Below are positions 29,948 to 43,300 of a stretch of 64,000 bases of DNA, piece by piece; positions within the stretch are counted from its first letter, which is position 1; each line of letters begins with the position of its first letter. The notes under the pieces are model-generated. The model saw only the letters and a program-made list of their open reading frames with translations. It was not told where the DNA came from and did no database searches. The position numbers were made by a program, and so were the translations under genes. The DNA is from Raillietiella orientalis (Eukaryota). The stretch lies in NCBI GenBank assembly GCA_036172245.1, contig JAYWIR010000012.1, positions 496,001 to 560,000 on the forward strand. Direction: 5' to 3'.

Positions 29948-32900
29948 ATGTATAATAATCCTGATTCAGAAGACAAGGAACTTCAAGGTAAGACTGTAAT
30001 TTTTTTTTAACTGGATACCCATTTGTTGATAGATATATGTCGAGTATGTAGATCAGAAGGTACACCTGATCGGCCTCTATTCCATCCATGCATATGCACA
30101 GGCAGCATTAAGTATATTCATCAAGAATGTTTGGTACAGTGGCTTCGTTACAGTCGTAAAGAATACTGTGAGCTTTGCAACCATCGTTTCTCTTTTACAC
30201 CAAGTAATGAATCTCATTAAAAAAAATCACGTCTTGGTTTCAGTTTATTCCCCAGATATGCCAAAGCGGCTGCCCTTGCGTGATATTGTATCAGGCCTAT
30301 TAAGCAGTGTTAGCACAGCAGTTCGCTATTGGCTGCAGTATACAATGGTTGGTTGTGCATGGCTTGTTGTAGTGCCACTTACTGCTTGTGAGTAAATTTG
30401 CTAAGTTGTTTTCCTAGGTAAGTATTTCAACTTAGGTCGGATCTATCGTTGTTTGTTCAATGCATCAGTGAATTCCATTTTCAATCTTGACATGCTCTCC
30501 ACGTAAGGACATGCAAAATAATGATCACTTTTCTATCTCTGCATCAGAGAAAATCTTCTCTATGACATCTTTAATGGTTATTTGGTTGCAAGTTGCACCT
30601 TATTTGCATTTGTCAGCCTGGTATGGCTTCGGGAGCAAATTCTGCATGGTGGAGGGCCTGAGTGGTTGGATTTGGATGTGGGCAATGGAGAGCCTGCAGC
30701 TCCTGCTCCTGAAGCAGCAAACCAAATAAGAAATGGAGGAGATGCAGTTGGGAATGAGCTTCCAGCAGCTCCAAACCCTGTGCAACCAAATGTTGAAAAT
30801 CAACAGCCAGGAGCTGGGCCTCCTGTTAATCCTGAAAGAGTGCAAGAAGATAACTGGAATCCAATAGAATGGGATCGTGGAGGAGAGGAACTAACTTGGG
30901 AAAGACTGTTAGGATTAGATGGTTCCCTTGTTTTTATGGAGCATGTCTTCTGGGTTGTAGCTCTGAACACTTTTTTCATCCTTGTATTTGGTGAGTACAA
31001 AAGTGCTTCACAGGGAATTCATGTTGAAGTAGCTTTCTGCCCGTATCATGTGGGCCATTTCATTATTCTAAATCTCAATCTAAAAGAAATAGTGGATGCT
31101 TCAAATTTCGAAGGCTTATTGACCACCCTGTGTGGTTATTGTGTAAGTGGTGGCTGTTTAGTCCTTCTTCATAAAATTGCTTCCAAACTGCAGCAGCGCA
31201 GGTTAGATCATTTCTTTGAAGACAATTGCAATAATATTTGTAGATTGAAACGTGTGTTGGGTCTGTGCTATGTAGTAGTGAAGGTGTGCCTGTTGTCAGT
31301 GCTGGAAATTGGCCTCATTCCACTGGTCAGTGGCTGGTGGATTGATGTGTGTTCACTGCAACTATTCGGTGCCACTTTGAAAGATCGACAGGCTGGTTTT
31401 CGGCAGGCACCAGCTGCTTCTATGTTTTTGCACTGGCTGGTGGGCATGCTCTATGTTTTCTACTACGCTAATTTTATCCTCTTGTTGCGGGAAGTGGTGC
31501 GCCCTGGCGTGCTTTGGTTTCTGAGAAATCTTAATGATCCAGATTTTAATCCAATATTGGAGGTGAGATCTTTAAATTGTGATTGCTAATCTTTTGCTCC
31601 TTAAGATGATTCACATCCCTCTCCTATGGCATGTACAAAGAGTACTCATTTCCACCGTAATTTTTGGTTCTTCGGTGCTGTTCCTGTTGCTACTCCCTGT
31701 CATGGCCATCAGTCATATGTTCCCCACATTTCTACCTTATACGGTAGCCACCTATGGGGATCCTCCAATAAGTTCTTCCATGGAAATTCTCCTTTTACAA
31801 GTTGTGTTGCCCACTTTATTGGAACAAGGAAGCATTCGGGAATGGTTGAAAAACATTGTTTTACTGTGGTGCCGTTATGTATCTTGGATGCTTGATTTGT
31901 CCTCCTATCTACTTGGAGACCCTCCAGCCTCTGGAAGTGAAGCCAAAGGAGATCCAGGAAATCAGAATGTGGCCCGGCCCATTCTCCCTCCACTTCCTGT
32001 CCTTGGACTGGGTGCTGCCCATCAGGCTCTTTTGCAGCGAGAGCGTGTTTTAGGCTTTCAGCCTTATTGCAGACCAAAGTGGTTCGCACTTAAGGTAAAA
32101 CCGGTGATACAGCTGTTATCAGAAGATTTGGTGCATTCCTCTTGCAGATCATTCTACTGCTAGGAATCATGTGTGTTTCAGTTAGTATAGCCAGCATTCT
32201 CTGTCTTACCATCCCAGTGGCTATTGGCCGTCCACTAATGCAGCTGTGTCTGGGCCAGTTGCGTGTTCATGAGCTGTACACATGTGCATGTGGAATGTAC
32301 ATGTGTTGGCTGTTTGTCCGTGCACTCACACTGTTAGCTGGTCTGCTACCCCTCGGCTGGACAATAATTTCATCTCGTTTATTGCACTGGACTCTAACCA
32401 GCTTAAAAGGAGTGTTAGTGCTTTCTCTGCTTGTTGTTTTGGTGCCACTTCTCCTGGGATTACTAGTAGATCAAGTAGTCTTAATGCCTCTCCGTGTGCC
32501 CTTGTCGCAGTCTCCACTGGTCTTCTTGTGGCAAGATTGGACTATGGGAGTATTATACACCAAGATAGTGTGTGGCCTGACCATGGCTGGTCCTAACTGG
32601 TGGTTGCGCCAAGCTATTGAACAAGTGTATGAGGGCGGAATTCAGAATCTTCACTTGGGATTCCTGTTTACAAATCTGGTATTGCCAGTAGTCATGTATT
32701 TGGGATTGGCCCTCAGCATCCCATATGTACTAGCAAAAAGCATTGCACCACTGTTTACATCTAATGTATTACTTTTGTGGCTTATTCAGCGCCGTATCTA
32801 TCCGTTTTTGGTGATTGTTTTAGCCATCACTGCACAGCTCATCTACTGCTTCCAACACTTTTTGCGACTTTATGAGCATATCAAAAATGAACGATATTTG

Positions 32901-32960
32901 GTGGGAAGGCGCTTAGTAAATTATGAACCTCAGCAATTATCAGTTCCCAAATCAATTTAA
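29948..32960 (+). CDS. MARCHF6: E3 ubiquitin ligase MARCH6/TEB4/Doa10 ortholog (9 exons)
   Basis: N-terminal RING-CH (CRVCRSEG...[21 protein letters not shown]...CELC), [24 protein letters not shown] and C-terminal [16 protein letters not shown]. Exons 29948-29987, 30033-30203, 30244-30387, 30436-30502, 30548-30990, 31033-31201, 31244-31562, 31606-32094 and 32148-32960, all GT-AG and in phase. Confidence 0.95.
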
Positions 32961-35900
32961 ATCTTCATCAAATGGCACTTTTATGGACTAATTAGAAGAC
33001 AGTGGCATTTCTTGTAGTTCAGTGTTTGTAGTTGACTAACACTGTTTGAGTTCTTTGCCAACATTATGTGATATCCAGTGACTTTGCAGTATATAATGTC
33101 CTGCTGGCAACAAAATAAATTCAGATTTCTGATTTCAAAGTGTAGATGTATTATTCATTTAATTTTTGAAATCCAGAAATTCAGTAATTTATAGTGTAAG
33201 GCAGTACTTGCATTCCCAAATTCCATGGCTTTAAAGGATGATTGATTATATGTCATGTTTGACATGTGCTTCCAGAAAAGTGAATGTTGTCTTAAGGGAA
33301 ATTTTATTTTTGTAGTCATATTTGATTAGATTGCAAATGTTTACTTTATTGCTTTGGAATTTTTTTCAAAGTCATACCCATATTGGATTAAAGCTGCCAC
33401 GTCAGCTTATTCAGCTCAGTTTAACCCTTCACAGAACAAGTGCCTTGTTGAAAATCAAAGGTGTTAAATGTCTTTATGTGAAGGAAGCATTGTGCAAACT
33501 GAGTTAAAATTTTGAATTCAAAAATAGTGGTCACAGATTTGCATCCTTTGAATAGCAAGAAATTACAATAAACTCCAAATTTGGAGCAAAAAGAGGTATT
33601 TTAAGGCAGCTGCTGGAAAACGGGGCTACATGTGGTAGTTATTTCACATTGTATGCGTCCTCCCCCCCCCCTGAAAACCTAATTGAAATGGAAATACTTG
33701 TCTTTGAAATGCGTCTTTCCTTCGATTGATTCCAATGTCAGATTTAGAGAAGTGTCAGATTTGGAGAAGTGAGACATCAGAAAGTATGGAAAGTTCGTAC
33801 AACTCCCGTAAATAATTAACCCAAATACTTTCTAACATTTATGCATAATTCGTGCTCTTGATTAGGCATCTAAATATACATAACATGAAACTGCATGCAG
33901 CATGGAGTCAACCTTGAAATTACCATTGATAAGATACATAACGTGACACAATCGGAAATGCAAAACAGTTTGACCGTACTTCGACTGTCTGCTATTCCTA
34001 ACTTCAAGTTTTAAATAAAAATCGAGATTTCACTGCAAAATTGAGAATGTTTTTGTGTACAGTTTCTTTAATCAATACATCTGCATATACACAGAAATAA
34101 ACGAGAAACAATTACACAGTGCCAGCATACAGGAGGAAACGAAAAAAATGACGGCTTAAAAGGGGCGACTTTGAAAGCAAAAAATTTCTTGGAAAAAAGG
34201 ATGAAAGGCGCTCGTGGATATCCAGAATAACATTGAATAAGACTTTTCTTGATGATAATGCAATGATTAGCTTAGTGATCATTTGGTAAGAATTGTTTTC
34301 GTACACTTCGTGGCATTTTCAACCAATGAAGTTTGATACAGTGACAGGGCAAATACATCACCAGTTTTTACTGCGATGGTGGAAATAAACTTGATATTGA
34401 TAATGATGAATCTTTTTGTTAAGTTTCAATAGGAAATTATTAGTAGAAAATTTGATTGTACAGTGATAAAGAAAATTATTGAAAGGAGGTAATAAGTAAA
34501 TTGAAAGTATTGAGGGTGATCATCTTTTGTATCAGAGTGAAAGTCAATGAAAATTGATATTTAATATTCGAATGTTAATGTGCTTTATTATAAAATCGTC
34601 TCTCCTAGGCAAATTCATATTCGGAACAGCAGTTTTACCGAAATATCAGTTACAAATTGCAGACCACTACTTCACTACTTAGTTTCCTTTGAACAACGAG
34701 CAGCAATGCACAAGAGTCTTTTGATCCTTCATCTGTTCAAAAAATGTTCATTTTGTATTTGTATTTTCGTATTACGAAATGATTTTACAGTTGTCTTCAT
34801 TAAATATCAAACGAAAGCAACGTGGATGGTGATAGCGATAATTGGAAACATCCTTGCACGGTCGAATCCAATTTATACACCTTGTTACCCGTATGCCATC
34901 TTTTTAATGCAACTTACTAAAACAAACGAACACCTTAGAATACATATCAGCTTTTGTTCATAGTTGCTTCATATCAATATTCTAGGTGTTTCTTTATTTC
35001 ATGAAATCTGCACTTGCATATGCATAAACTGAAAAAAACAGGTAAAGTTGCTTTCTTTTATAAAGAGAATTCTTGAAGGGGATTTTTCTTTCTCTTAAAT
35101 AGAAAGCGTTTCGAAATCAGTTGTGGCCATTCTTTGGGTTGCTTTTACAACAGTCATTTTTAAGCCTATGAAATTATTTACATTAGTTAGCCATTTTTAT
35201 TGAATACTCAGTGCTCAAAATGCAACAACAAAAAAAGAAAGATCTGCGCATATTAGAAAATTACTTCTATATCAGAAATCACGTTTTTTATTAGGACGAT
35301 TCCAACTGAAACGGCCTTGAAAATTATTAGGATTTCATTGTAGATGCGTCTTCACGAAAATACAAACCAACAAGGATAAAATTGTGTTAATTTTAAAATG
35401 GAAGCATTACAAAAAATTTAAACTATTTTATTTATTTTCGAGAATACTTTTTCACATATATTTTCATTAACTGTAGCTCACTATAGTTCTGTATGTTACA
35501 GTTATTTCCTGAACATTTGAAAAACAAAACACGTTATTTAGAGAATAATCGATTTCTTAGTTATCTTTAATGACTCTTTTCTAACTTTCTAAAGAAGATT
35601 TCTTACTATAAGAATCAATAATCTTATTTAGTTTTGATATCTCAGTGCTTGAACATTTCTTTGGTATCTGATCAAATTGCAGAATTTGCACAGGATTTAG
35701 ACACAAGATCATTTCGAAATAATTCAAGCTGAACTGAAATAGAATCATACATTTGTTTCATTTCCGTCCAAACAATTCTATCTTTCGGAAGAAATATTCT
35801 TAAAAAAATCAAAAGACACAAGGAATAATCAGCCAGTAAGTGGAAACTACTGATCTTGTATTGGAAATGAAGTATGAAAACTGAATTCGATACTGAGCTA

Positions 35901-36444
35901 CAAAACTCATGGTAATCACATCCACACCTTAACGCTATTTAATGCTGTTGAAACTCTTAAAAGAAATTTTATTTTGCCTTTTTTTCTTTTTCATTGCATC
36001 AATATGCAAATGATATATTGTGAAATCTGTTGCTCACACCTGTAATCGTGTGTTGTCCGAGTTTATGATCTGCTGATATAATTTAAATTACGTAGTTTTG
36101 AAAAGAAGTTGTGCTGGTATCACTTTTGTTACGGATGCTGCGAAAGAAACGTGTGTATCTGGTTGTGTTAGAATAGTTTTTTGCATGTTTAATCTTCTCC
36201 CATAATATCAGTGATTCCCTTTACGCTTTAATGGACTTCAAGATTCCAAGTTGCACAATAATGCTAGCAGTTTTGATGTTAAATCTGATTTTTTGCTTCA
36301 GAGTGAGCCCGTGCCTGTGGTCGCATAATTTGTTTTTGTTTTTTTAGCAGTGGACTTATGCATAGAAAATTAACGATCTAATCGGTAATATAAATTTTAG
36401 GTGCCATAATACGATTTTCTGAAATTTTGTGCCAGTAATCCAAG

Positions 36445-38502
36445 ATGGCAAAATCAAAGCCAAATAAAAAACTTAAAAGGACTTATAAAGGGTCTTGCCA
36501 CAGTATGAATTTAGAAAGACCGAAAGATGCATTGAGGGGTGTTTCTAAGCCAAGAGATAAAGCAACTATCAGGCGGCTTCATATGTATAAAAATTTTAAA
36601 CCTAAACGAGATAGTTCCGGAAAAATAGTCCGCCCAGCTCCATTTCAAGAAGTTCTCCCTTCTGGAACTGTATCAAGAATAGAGCCAAATCAAAGATGGT
36701 TTGGAAATACCAGAGTTATAGGACAGTCAGCATTGCAAAAATTCCAAGAGGAAATGAGTAAAGTTCTGAAGGATCCCTATCAAGTGGTTATGAGGCAAAC
36801 CAATTTGCCTATTACCTTATTAAATGAAAAAGCTAAGTATGCTCGCGTACATTTGCTCGACACAGAAAGTTTCGAGAGTACATTTGGACCCCGTAAAATT
36901 CGTAAAATTCCCAAACTGAATTGTCACAGTCTTGAGCAGCTGGTGCAGTCTGCTGAAAAGAAAACCAACAGTTATGATTCTCAGAAAGATGGTGATTTAG
37001 TTCAGGTTGCTCCAGATGTAAAGCATTGTCCTCGGGAGATGATCATGCTGGCAGGACAGAGCAAAAGAATTTGGAACGAACTCTATAAGGTGATTGATTC
37101 CTCAGATGTTGTCATTCAAGTATTGGATGCCAGGAATCCAAATGGAACACGTGCCAGGCAAATAGAGGGCTTTTTGAAACGAGAAAAGGCATTTAAGCAT
37201 CTCATATTTGTTTTGAATAAATGTGATCTAGTTCCTTCATGGGTAACCAAGAAGTGGGTAGCAATTCTCAGTCAGGAGTATCCAACATTAGCTTTTCATG
37301 CCTCACTCACCAATTCATTTGGCAAAGGAGCCTTAATTAGTATTCTTCGTCAGTTTGCTAAACTCCACCAAGATAAGAAACAGATTAGTGTTGGTATTAT
37401 TGGCTACCCAAACACTGGAAAAAGCTCCATCATCAACACATTACGAGCCAAAAAGGTGTGCAATGTAGCACCAATAGCTGGGGAAACAAAAGTGTGGCAA
37501 TATGTCACGTTGATGCGTCGCATTTACTTGATTGATTGTCCTGGAGTAGTGTATCCTTCTCAAGAAAGTGATATGGACAAAGTCCTAAAAGGAGTGGTTC
37601 GTGTGGAAATGATACAAAACCCAGATGAATACATCGCAGGTGTCTTGGAGCATGTGAAGAAAGAATACATCGAAAGGACATACAGGATTGACCACTGGTC
37701 AAGTCACTTAGATTTTCTTGAGCAGCTGGCCCAAAGAACAGGAAAACTATTGAAAGGAGGTGAACCAGATTTGAATACAGTTGCAAAGATGGTACTGAAT
37801 GATTGGCAAAGAGGAAAATTACCCCATTTTGTTGCTCCTCCAGAAGATCAACAAAAGACTGAAAGTTCAGATCAGTCATCAGGCAATACCACTACAGAGA
37901 ATAATATCACAGACTGCCATGCTAAGGGTAGAAGTGATGCAACAAATGTTTCCAAAGCAAGTGTAGCAGTGTCACAAGAGAATGTTCTTGTGCCTCAGTG
38001 TGATACAAAAGGGCTAGAGGAAATTGGAAGTGTTCCTTCATCACTAACAGAGCAATGTGCTCATGAAGATGATGCCACTGTTAATAGTAGTGATAAACAG
38101 CTTAGGGTTTCTGATGGAAGTGATCCAGGATTGCTGGAGTTGCAGACAGTAGTTTCTCCCACCACTTCTCCCATTCGAGAGAGTTTTTCTAATTCAAGTG
38201 CATCTTGCTCATCAGTTGATGAAGAGTTTTTCAGTAATCATATTTGCAATGATCATGATGAAAGCAGGCTATCAGGGGATTCATCAGATGAAAGTAATCA
38301 TGATTCTGATCTGGAGCAGAATGTGAAATTCGATGACATTCCTGACCCTGCTTTATTGTGTGTTCCTAAATTGTCTTCCAAAGAGAAGAGGCAACGCCTT
38401 GGTTTAGGTAAAAGAAAAAAGATTGGTATGCATTTTTATGATATTGTAAATTCCAAAAACAAAAATAAAAAGAAGCTGCGGATTGGTTTCCACAATAAAT
38501 GA
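36445..38502 (+). CDS. GNL2: Nucleolar GTP-binding protein 2 (Nog2/NGP-1), single coding exon
   Basis: 685-aa ORF with NGP1NT region ([13 protein letters not shown]), [19 protein letters not shown] and circularly permuted GTPase motifs [13 protein letters not shown] and DCPG. Confidence 0.96.
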   Translation: MAKSKPNKKLKRTYKGSCHSMNLERPKDALRGVSKPRDKATIRRLHMYKNFKPKRDSSGKIVRPAPFQEVLPSGTVSRIEPNQRWFGNTRVIGQSALQKFQEEMSKVLKDPYQVVMRQTNLPITLLNEKAKYARVHLLDTESFESTFGPRKIRKIPKLNCHSLEQLVQSAEKKTNSYDSQKDGDLVQVAPDVKHCPREMIMLAGQSKRIWNELYKVIDSSDVVIQVLDARNPNGTRARQIEGFLKREKAFKHLIFVLNKCDLVPSWVTKKWVAILSQEYPTLAFHASLTNSFGKGALISILRQFAKLHQDKKQISVGIIGYPNTGKSSIINTLRAKKVCNVAPIAGETKVWQYVTLMRRIYLIDCPGVVYPSQESDMDKVLKGVVRVEMIQNPDEYIAGVLEHVKKEYIERTYRIDHWSSHLDFLEQLAQRTGKLLKGGEPDLNTVAKMVLNDWQRGKLPHFVAPPEDQQKTESSDQSSGNTTTENNITDCHAKGRSDATNVSKASVAVSQENVLVPQCDTKGLEEIGSVPSSLTEQCAHEDDATVNSSDKQLRVSDGSDPGLLELQTVVSPTTSPIRESFSNSSASCSSVDEEFFSNHICNDHDESRLSGDSSDESNHDSDLEQNVKFDDIPDPALLCVPKLSSKEKRQRLGLGKRKKIGMHFYDIVNSKNKNKKKLRIGFHNK

Positions 38503-40395
38503 TCCAAAAATTACAATAATTTTGAAGATAATTTGTTTTACTTATGTAGTATTTGTGCATCATAAACTGTAAGTGTAGTGTGGTAAATGTAACAGTAAGT
38601 GTAGTTTTATTGTAAATAAGAAAGACGGAATCCCGTTCACTACTGAAAATTCTTCTTGTGGTTGATTTGTTGTGAGTCATGAACATAATCGAAAGTCATT
38701 TAAAAGATGTGCCACAACTATTGAGCAAGTGCAGCATATATGGTGCAAAATGAGAAACCATAACACAAGTACATCCTCTTTTCAGCTCTCTTAAGGGAAA
38801 TTGCCCATATTCTGTTGAATTCCACCGTCTGAATGTACTGATTCCTAAGGGTATTCAAAGAATTAGTTATACTGTGCTTTCAGCTTTTAGTTTTCTAGCT
38901 ATGTGAAATTACTCATTTGAGAGCTCTCCCTGAGGTACGAGCACTTCCGCCTCATTTTGTGCCCTCCAAAGCAAACACATCTGGCTTGGTGGTGTTTGCA
39001 CCATACTGTGGCACAGCATTTTCGGCATCTGGGAGTTGTACAGGGGTCGAGCTTTCTGTCACCCAGCTGTACATGCCACTCCTATGCCTTCATTCTTGGA
39101 AAGCATGGGGCTTTCCAGCAGTACTGCTGCATGCACATGGGAAGCACAGTTTTGCCCAAAATCTTAATCCCTGATTTGCTTTCACATTCTGAATCTTGGG
39201 TTACCTGGGAGGAGGTTGGATGCAGTGAAGTAGCCCTGAGTGCTGCAATCATGCATTAAGCCTGGGGGCTGAAGCTGTTCTCAAGAGTCCAGGTGAAAGG
39301 TAATTTTCAAATAAGTCTCCAAGGTTGGTGGTGTCATCTGGCGGTTCCCCTTGAAGGGCTAGGATTCTAGAATCAGCATTTTGTTTTGCAAAATGTTTTC
39401 CCAAAGAGAGAAGGAATGAGAGAAATTTGTTCCTAAAAACTGATGGCATTGTTACGGCTTTCGCATTTCGTTTGGGAACGACTGGTACGTGTTCTGAAGG
39501 CTCTTTCAGACATCCAACAAATCCCCTGCCGCATTCCTATCAAGCGATTGCGTTATGCAATCATTAAGAGCTTTGCTGTACATTTTTTTCTCCTCAGATG
39601 TGTATATTCCAGTTGCCATACTTCTCTGAGGATCTTCTAGCTCCGAGGGTCTTGACAAGGTTGCCCTTCAATGTTTCCGTAAGCACCCAGGGGATCTTCC
39701 AGCCGCTTCTACCATACTATCAGCCGTTTCGCAAATCGTTTCGAAGGTCATGTGCATCTTCGTTCACCTCAAAGCAAGCCATGGCCATGGCAGTGAGACT
39801 TTCGGACCCTCCAGGTCTTCCTAGTGCCTCGTATGAGTCGCTGGGCATTGCATTGGTTCGATGCAAGTGACCAAGTGGCGAAACCTCTCCTGTTCCATGG
39901 AGTCGATCTTTCTACGGTTTGTCTCGATCGTACTTTGCGCATTTGCGTATCTTTGCCCAACTGGGAATGGTTCTCCCTGTCGTAAAGTGCGGCATTCACA
40001 AACATCACGTTCAAGTTTTCAATCCTTGCCCACAGGGGTTGATTGCGTAGATCCCAGACTTTACACATTCCTTAGTAAAAGGCGAAAGAAATACCCTCAT
40101 AGAGCAGGAGCCCGAGCTCCTACACATTCCTTAGTGGGGCAGGCTGGAGGTGGACAGCAAATGGTAAGTGCCTCTGCTGACAGGATTGAACTCCCCTTGC
40201 CCGACGTGGTTCATTCCCGTTGGATCGTTTAGAAACGATTTGAATCGGCGCTCTACACAGACGCACCTAATTACTTAATGATAACACGATGTCAATTAGA
40301 TCAATGCCAAGTAAAGGGTGGATTCTGTGATGAGGGCTACGCCCGCCTTGGTGGGATGCAGAATAAAACCCATTTAGTCACTGATCAATGTTTTA

Positions 40396-43300
40396 TTATT
40401 TGCATTGGAACCTTAAGAACTTTTTATGTGGATCGTCTGCTTCTTCTATACATGTTAAATTTGCCCTCGAAGCAACTTCTTTCGTCTTTTCATTGTGCTT
40501 ATTACAAGTTTCTAACCGTACGTCAAACAAGTTCCTGTGCAAGTCAGATTTGCATCATTTTTGGATCGGCTTACGTACAAGATTACGTACAGGATTGTTT
40601 CTGTGATCACGCAGGCTCCGGGCTTGCAGCACGCCGTCAAGACGTCTTGTAAGTGATGCACCATGCTGCATCCCAAATAAATGACATCAAATTTCTTTGC
40701 GTATTCCTCCCTTTGGTGGAGCTTTTTCAAATCACGCAGCAATAAAAAGGTGATCTTGTAGTACTCTTTGCGTGGACAGGAGAACAGTCATTCCAGATTA
40801 CAAGTTATCTTACTTTGGAAGGAATCCTCAGTGTTTTGTACTTCCGCACACGTCTCCTCATAGCTGTGCCGAAACTTCAGTTCGTACATGTATGCCATTA
40901 CGTTCCTCTTGCACACATCCCCAGCACTCTATTGTTTTGGAAAAAAGTGTATCTTTTGAGACACGCTCATTAAAACGCAGTTAGGTCAAGCTTTGCGACC
41001 GCTGAAAAGTCATTGCTTCGTCATCAAAATTAGAACGAACCGGATTAAAACCATGAAAGTTTCTCGGTGCTTCTTTCCGTCTGCAAATACGCTTACCTTG
41101 TTTTTTAAAACCGTCTTTCACACGTTCCTTTTTCTCCCTCTCTCTCCCACTGAGACTACAAGGAAATTTGGCTGCTTAGAAAACAGCTGTTCAGGAGCGG
41201 TCCACTACTCCCCTTTGTAAACGCATGCATACTAACGAAATTCCCACATCTTAAAATACATGGATTTCCACGAAATTCTAGGAATCATACTCTCCTGGTC
41301 CCCTTTTCGATTGTAAATACGGCAGAGAACCACTGCAGATGGTGCGACCGTGCAAAGGTCAGGCTGGGCAGTGCCCAAGGCTGAGCTCTCTGCTCCTGGT
41401 AAGAAGTTCTACGACTGCTGCGCTCACCTTCCGTGCTTCAAATCGCGACCTCGCAACGAAGGTGTGAAAATGCAGCGAGCAGCGTTTTGCGTTCGCGTTC
41501 TACATTCTATTTGCATTTCTATGCTCTACTGTCAGTATGTGCTTGACACGTTTCCCGTTTTTCTACTCAAGAGTTGCTCCCATTCTAGAGAACCTCCGTG
41601 CGGAGTTGGAAACACCGTCGGGTCAACTTGACCTTCGTGGATGGAGTTTTTTTTTTTTTTTTTTTTTTTACCCTATCAGTCGCGTTTCTTTCACATTTGC
41701 TTGTTACGAATGCATCATTCGGCACTATTCAACTTTAGGATCAGAGAGGCAACAAGAGGTTTGGCTGGCTGAAAGCTTGAAGATTTCCGCAAGATGGCAA
41801 TTCGAAGGAGAGTTGATCCCTTAGAAGAAGGGTCCTATGACGAGACAGAACTCGTTACTTTGGAAGATTGCGGAAACAGGCGGGTGAGAAGACATGTTGC
41901 AGGACACCAGTTTTATGCGCAGCGAAAGACTCTATGAAGAAAAAAAAGTCTCGTTGCTTTTTCTAAAACTCCGTAGAGACAAACAGTGGGTACGAGAAAC
42001 GTCGTCCTGCGTAATCCGCATCAATCAGGAAGCTGAGCAATAAAGTAACGCAGCAACCATGCCAAAAGTTAACATTCTATCCGTGGTAAATAAAAGCAAG
42101 ATTTAATTTAATTTAATTCTGATGATCAAGCACGAATGTCATGAGGATTTTACTTTTTTTTTTTTTTTTCTTTCTCTCTCAAAATAGATTAAAGTTTCAA
42201 GCTCGTAGAGGACACTAAGTGAATAGAGACGTTTCTAATCAAAGGAGTATAAGGGAGGAAAAAAAAAAAAAAACCTCATTTCCAAAACCTTTATGTTTTC
42301 TTGGAAGCTTGACTTCTTTAAATAGGTCTTGTCCTCGCAGTTCACACCATGGGGCAAAAAGGGTCCAGTGCAAATATCGCCCCAGTAACCATGGTATATA
42401 TGTTTTTCGCCGTTGATCATCATCACTGCAGCTGGAGTGGCCGAATATTTCCGACTGCCTCTAAGAGTTAACATGGAATTACCGGATGAAAGGGTTTTGT
42501 TGGGACAGGCGTAATCGCCATCGGTCACACGAAATGCGATTCCGCACTCTCTCCATTCTTTGTATTCTCTTGCGTGAACTGTGTGTACGCCTCTTTCCCT
42601 CAACACCATGTGAAAATCCCAGTCAAAGACGCCGTGGCGGCTGTCGTACCTCACGCCAAGGTGTTTCCTCAATCTTTCGTCCCTAAAAACAATAGGGAGG
42701 GGGAAGAAACCAGTTTTCGAAAAAGAAAATTGCAATGCGATCCCCGATAGCAAAAGATTAAAAAAATGAAACTGTTCTCAAAAACGGGAAATATCACGTT
42801 TCATACCACAGTTTGGACATTGGGAATGTGGAGTCGTTATCCCAGTATTTCATTATTGACGCCAAGACGTCCAGATCCCTAAATTTCAGAGTCGACACGT
42901 TAAACATGCCGTATTTTTCCTTCAGCTGCTCATCGCCTGTCACAAACCTAAAATGCACGTCGTGATCACCATAGAGTCTTACATGCGAAAAGGCTGTTCT
43001 TCATTGTGTGTGTATGTGTGTGTGTGTGTGTGTGTTTTATTTGATGCCTTTCCCCATCCAGAAGCATCTTTCAGTCATCTGTAAGTCCTTCATCATCCGC
43101 CACAGAATAACACGCGAGCCCTCGTTTCAAATTCGGAGTTTCGATCCCATTTTCTGTGCATTTTTAGACGGCAACTACGCTAAAATGATCTACTTCGCAA
43201 GCATCTAAAATTCTTTTCCAGGTTCAGCAAGCGTAGGAACCGTTCCCCATCATTATGAAATAGGGTTCATTGAAACGATGAAGGAGTAGGTTTCCCTCGT

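Noticed and set aside
33737..33772. 17-bp tandem repeat gtcagattt(a/g)gagaagt, and similar short duplications at ~24157-24182 and 40062-40136
   Set aside because: Only two units each, with no spacer periodicity; ordinary slippage duplications, not CRISPR or a satellite.
41098..41160. Extra DNAAF3 exon suggested by a strong AAG|GTAAGC donor
   Set aside because: The required frame contains a stop, and the flanking exons already join in phase.
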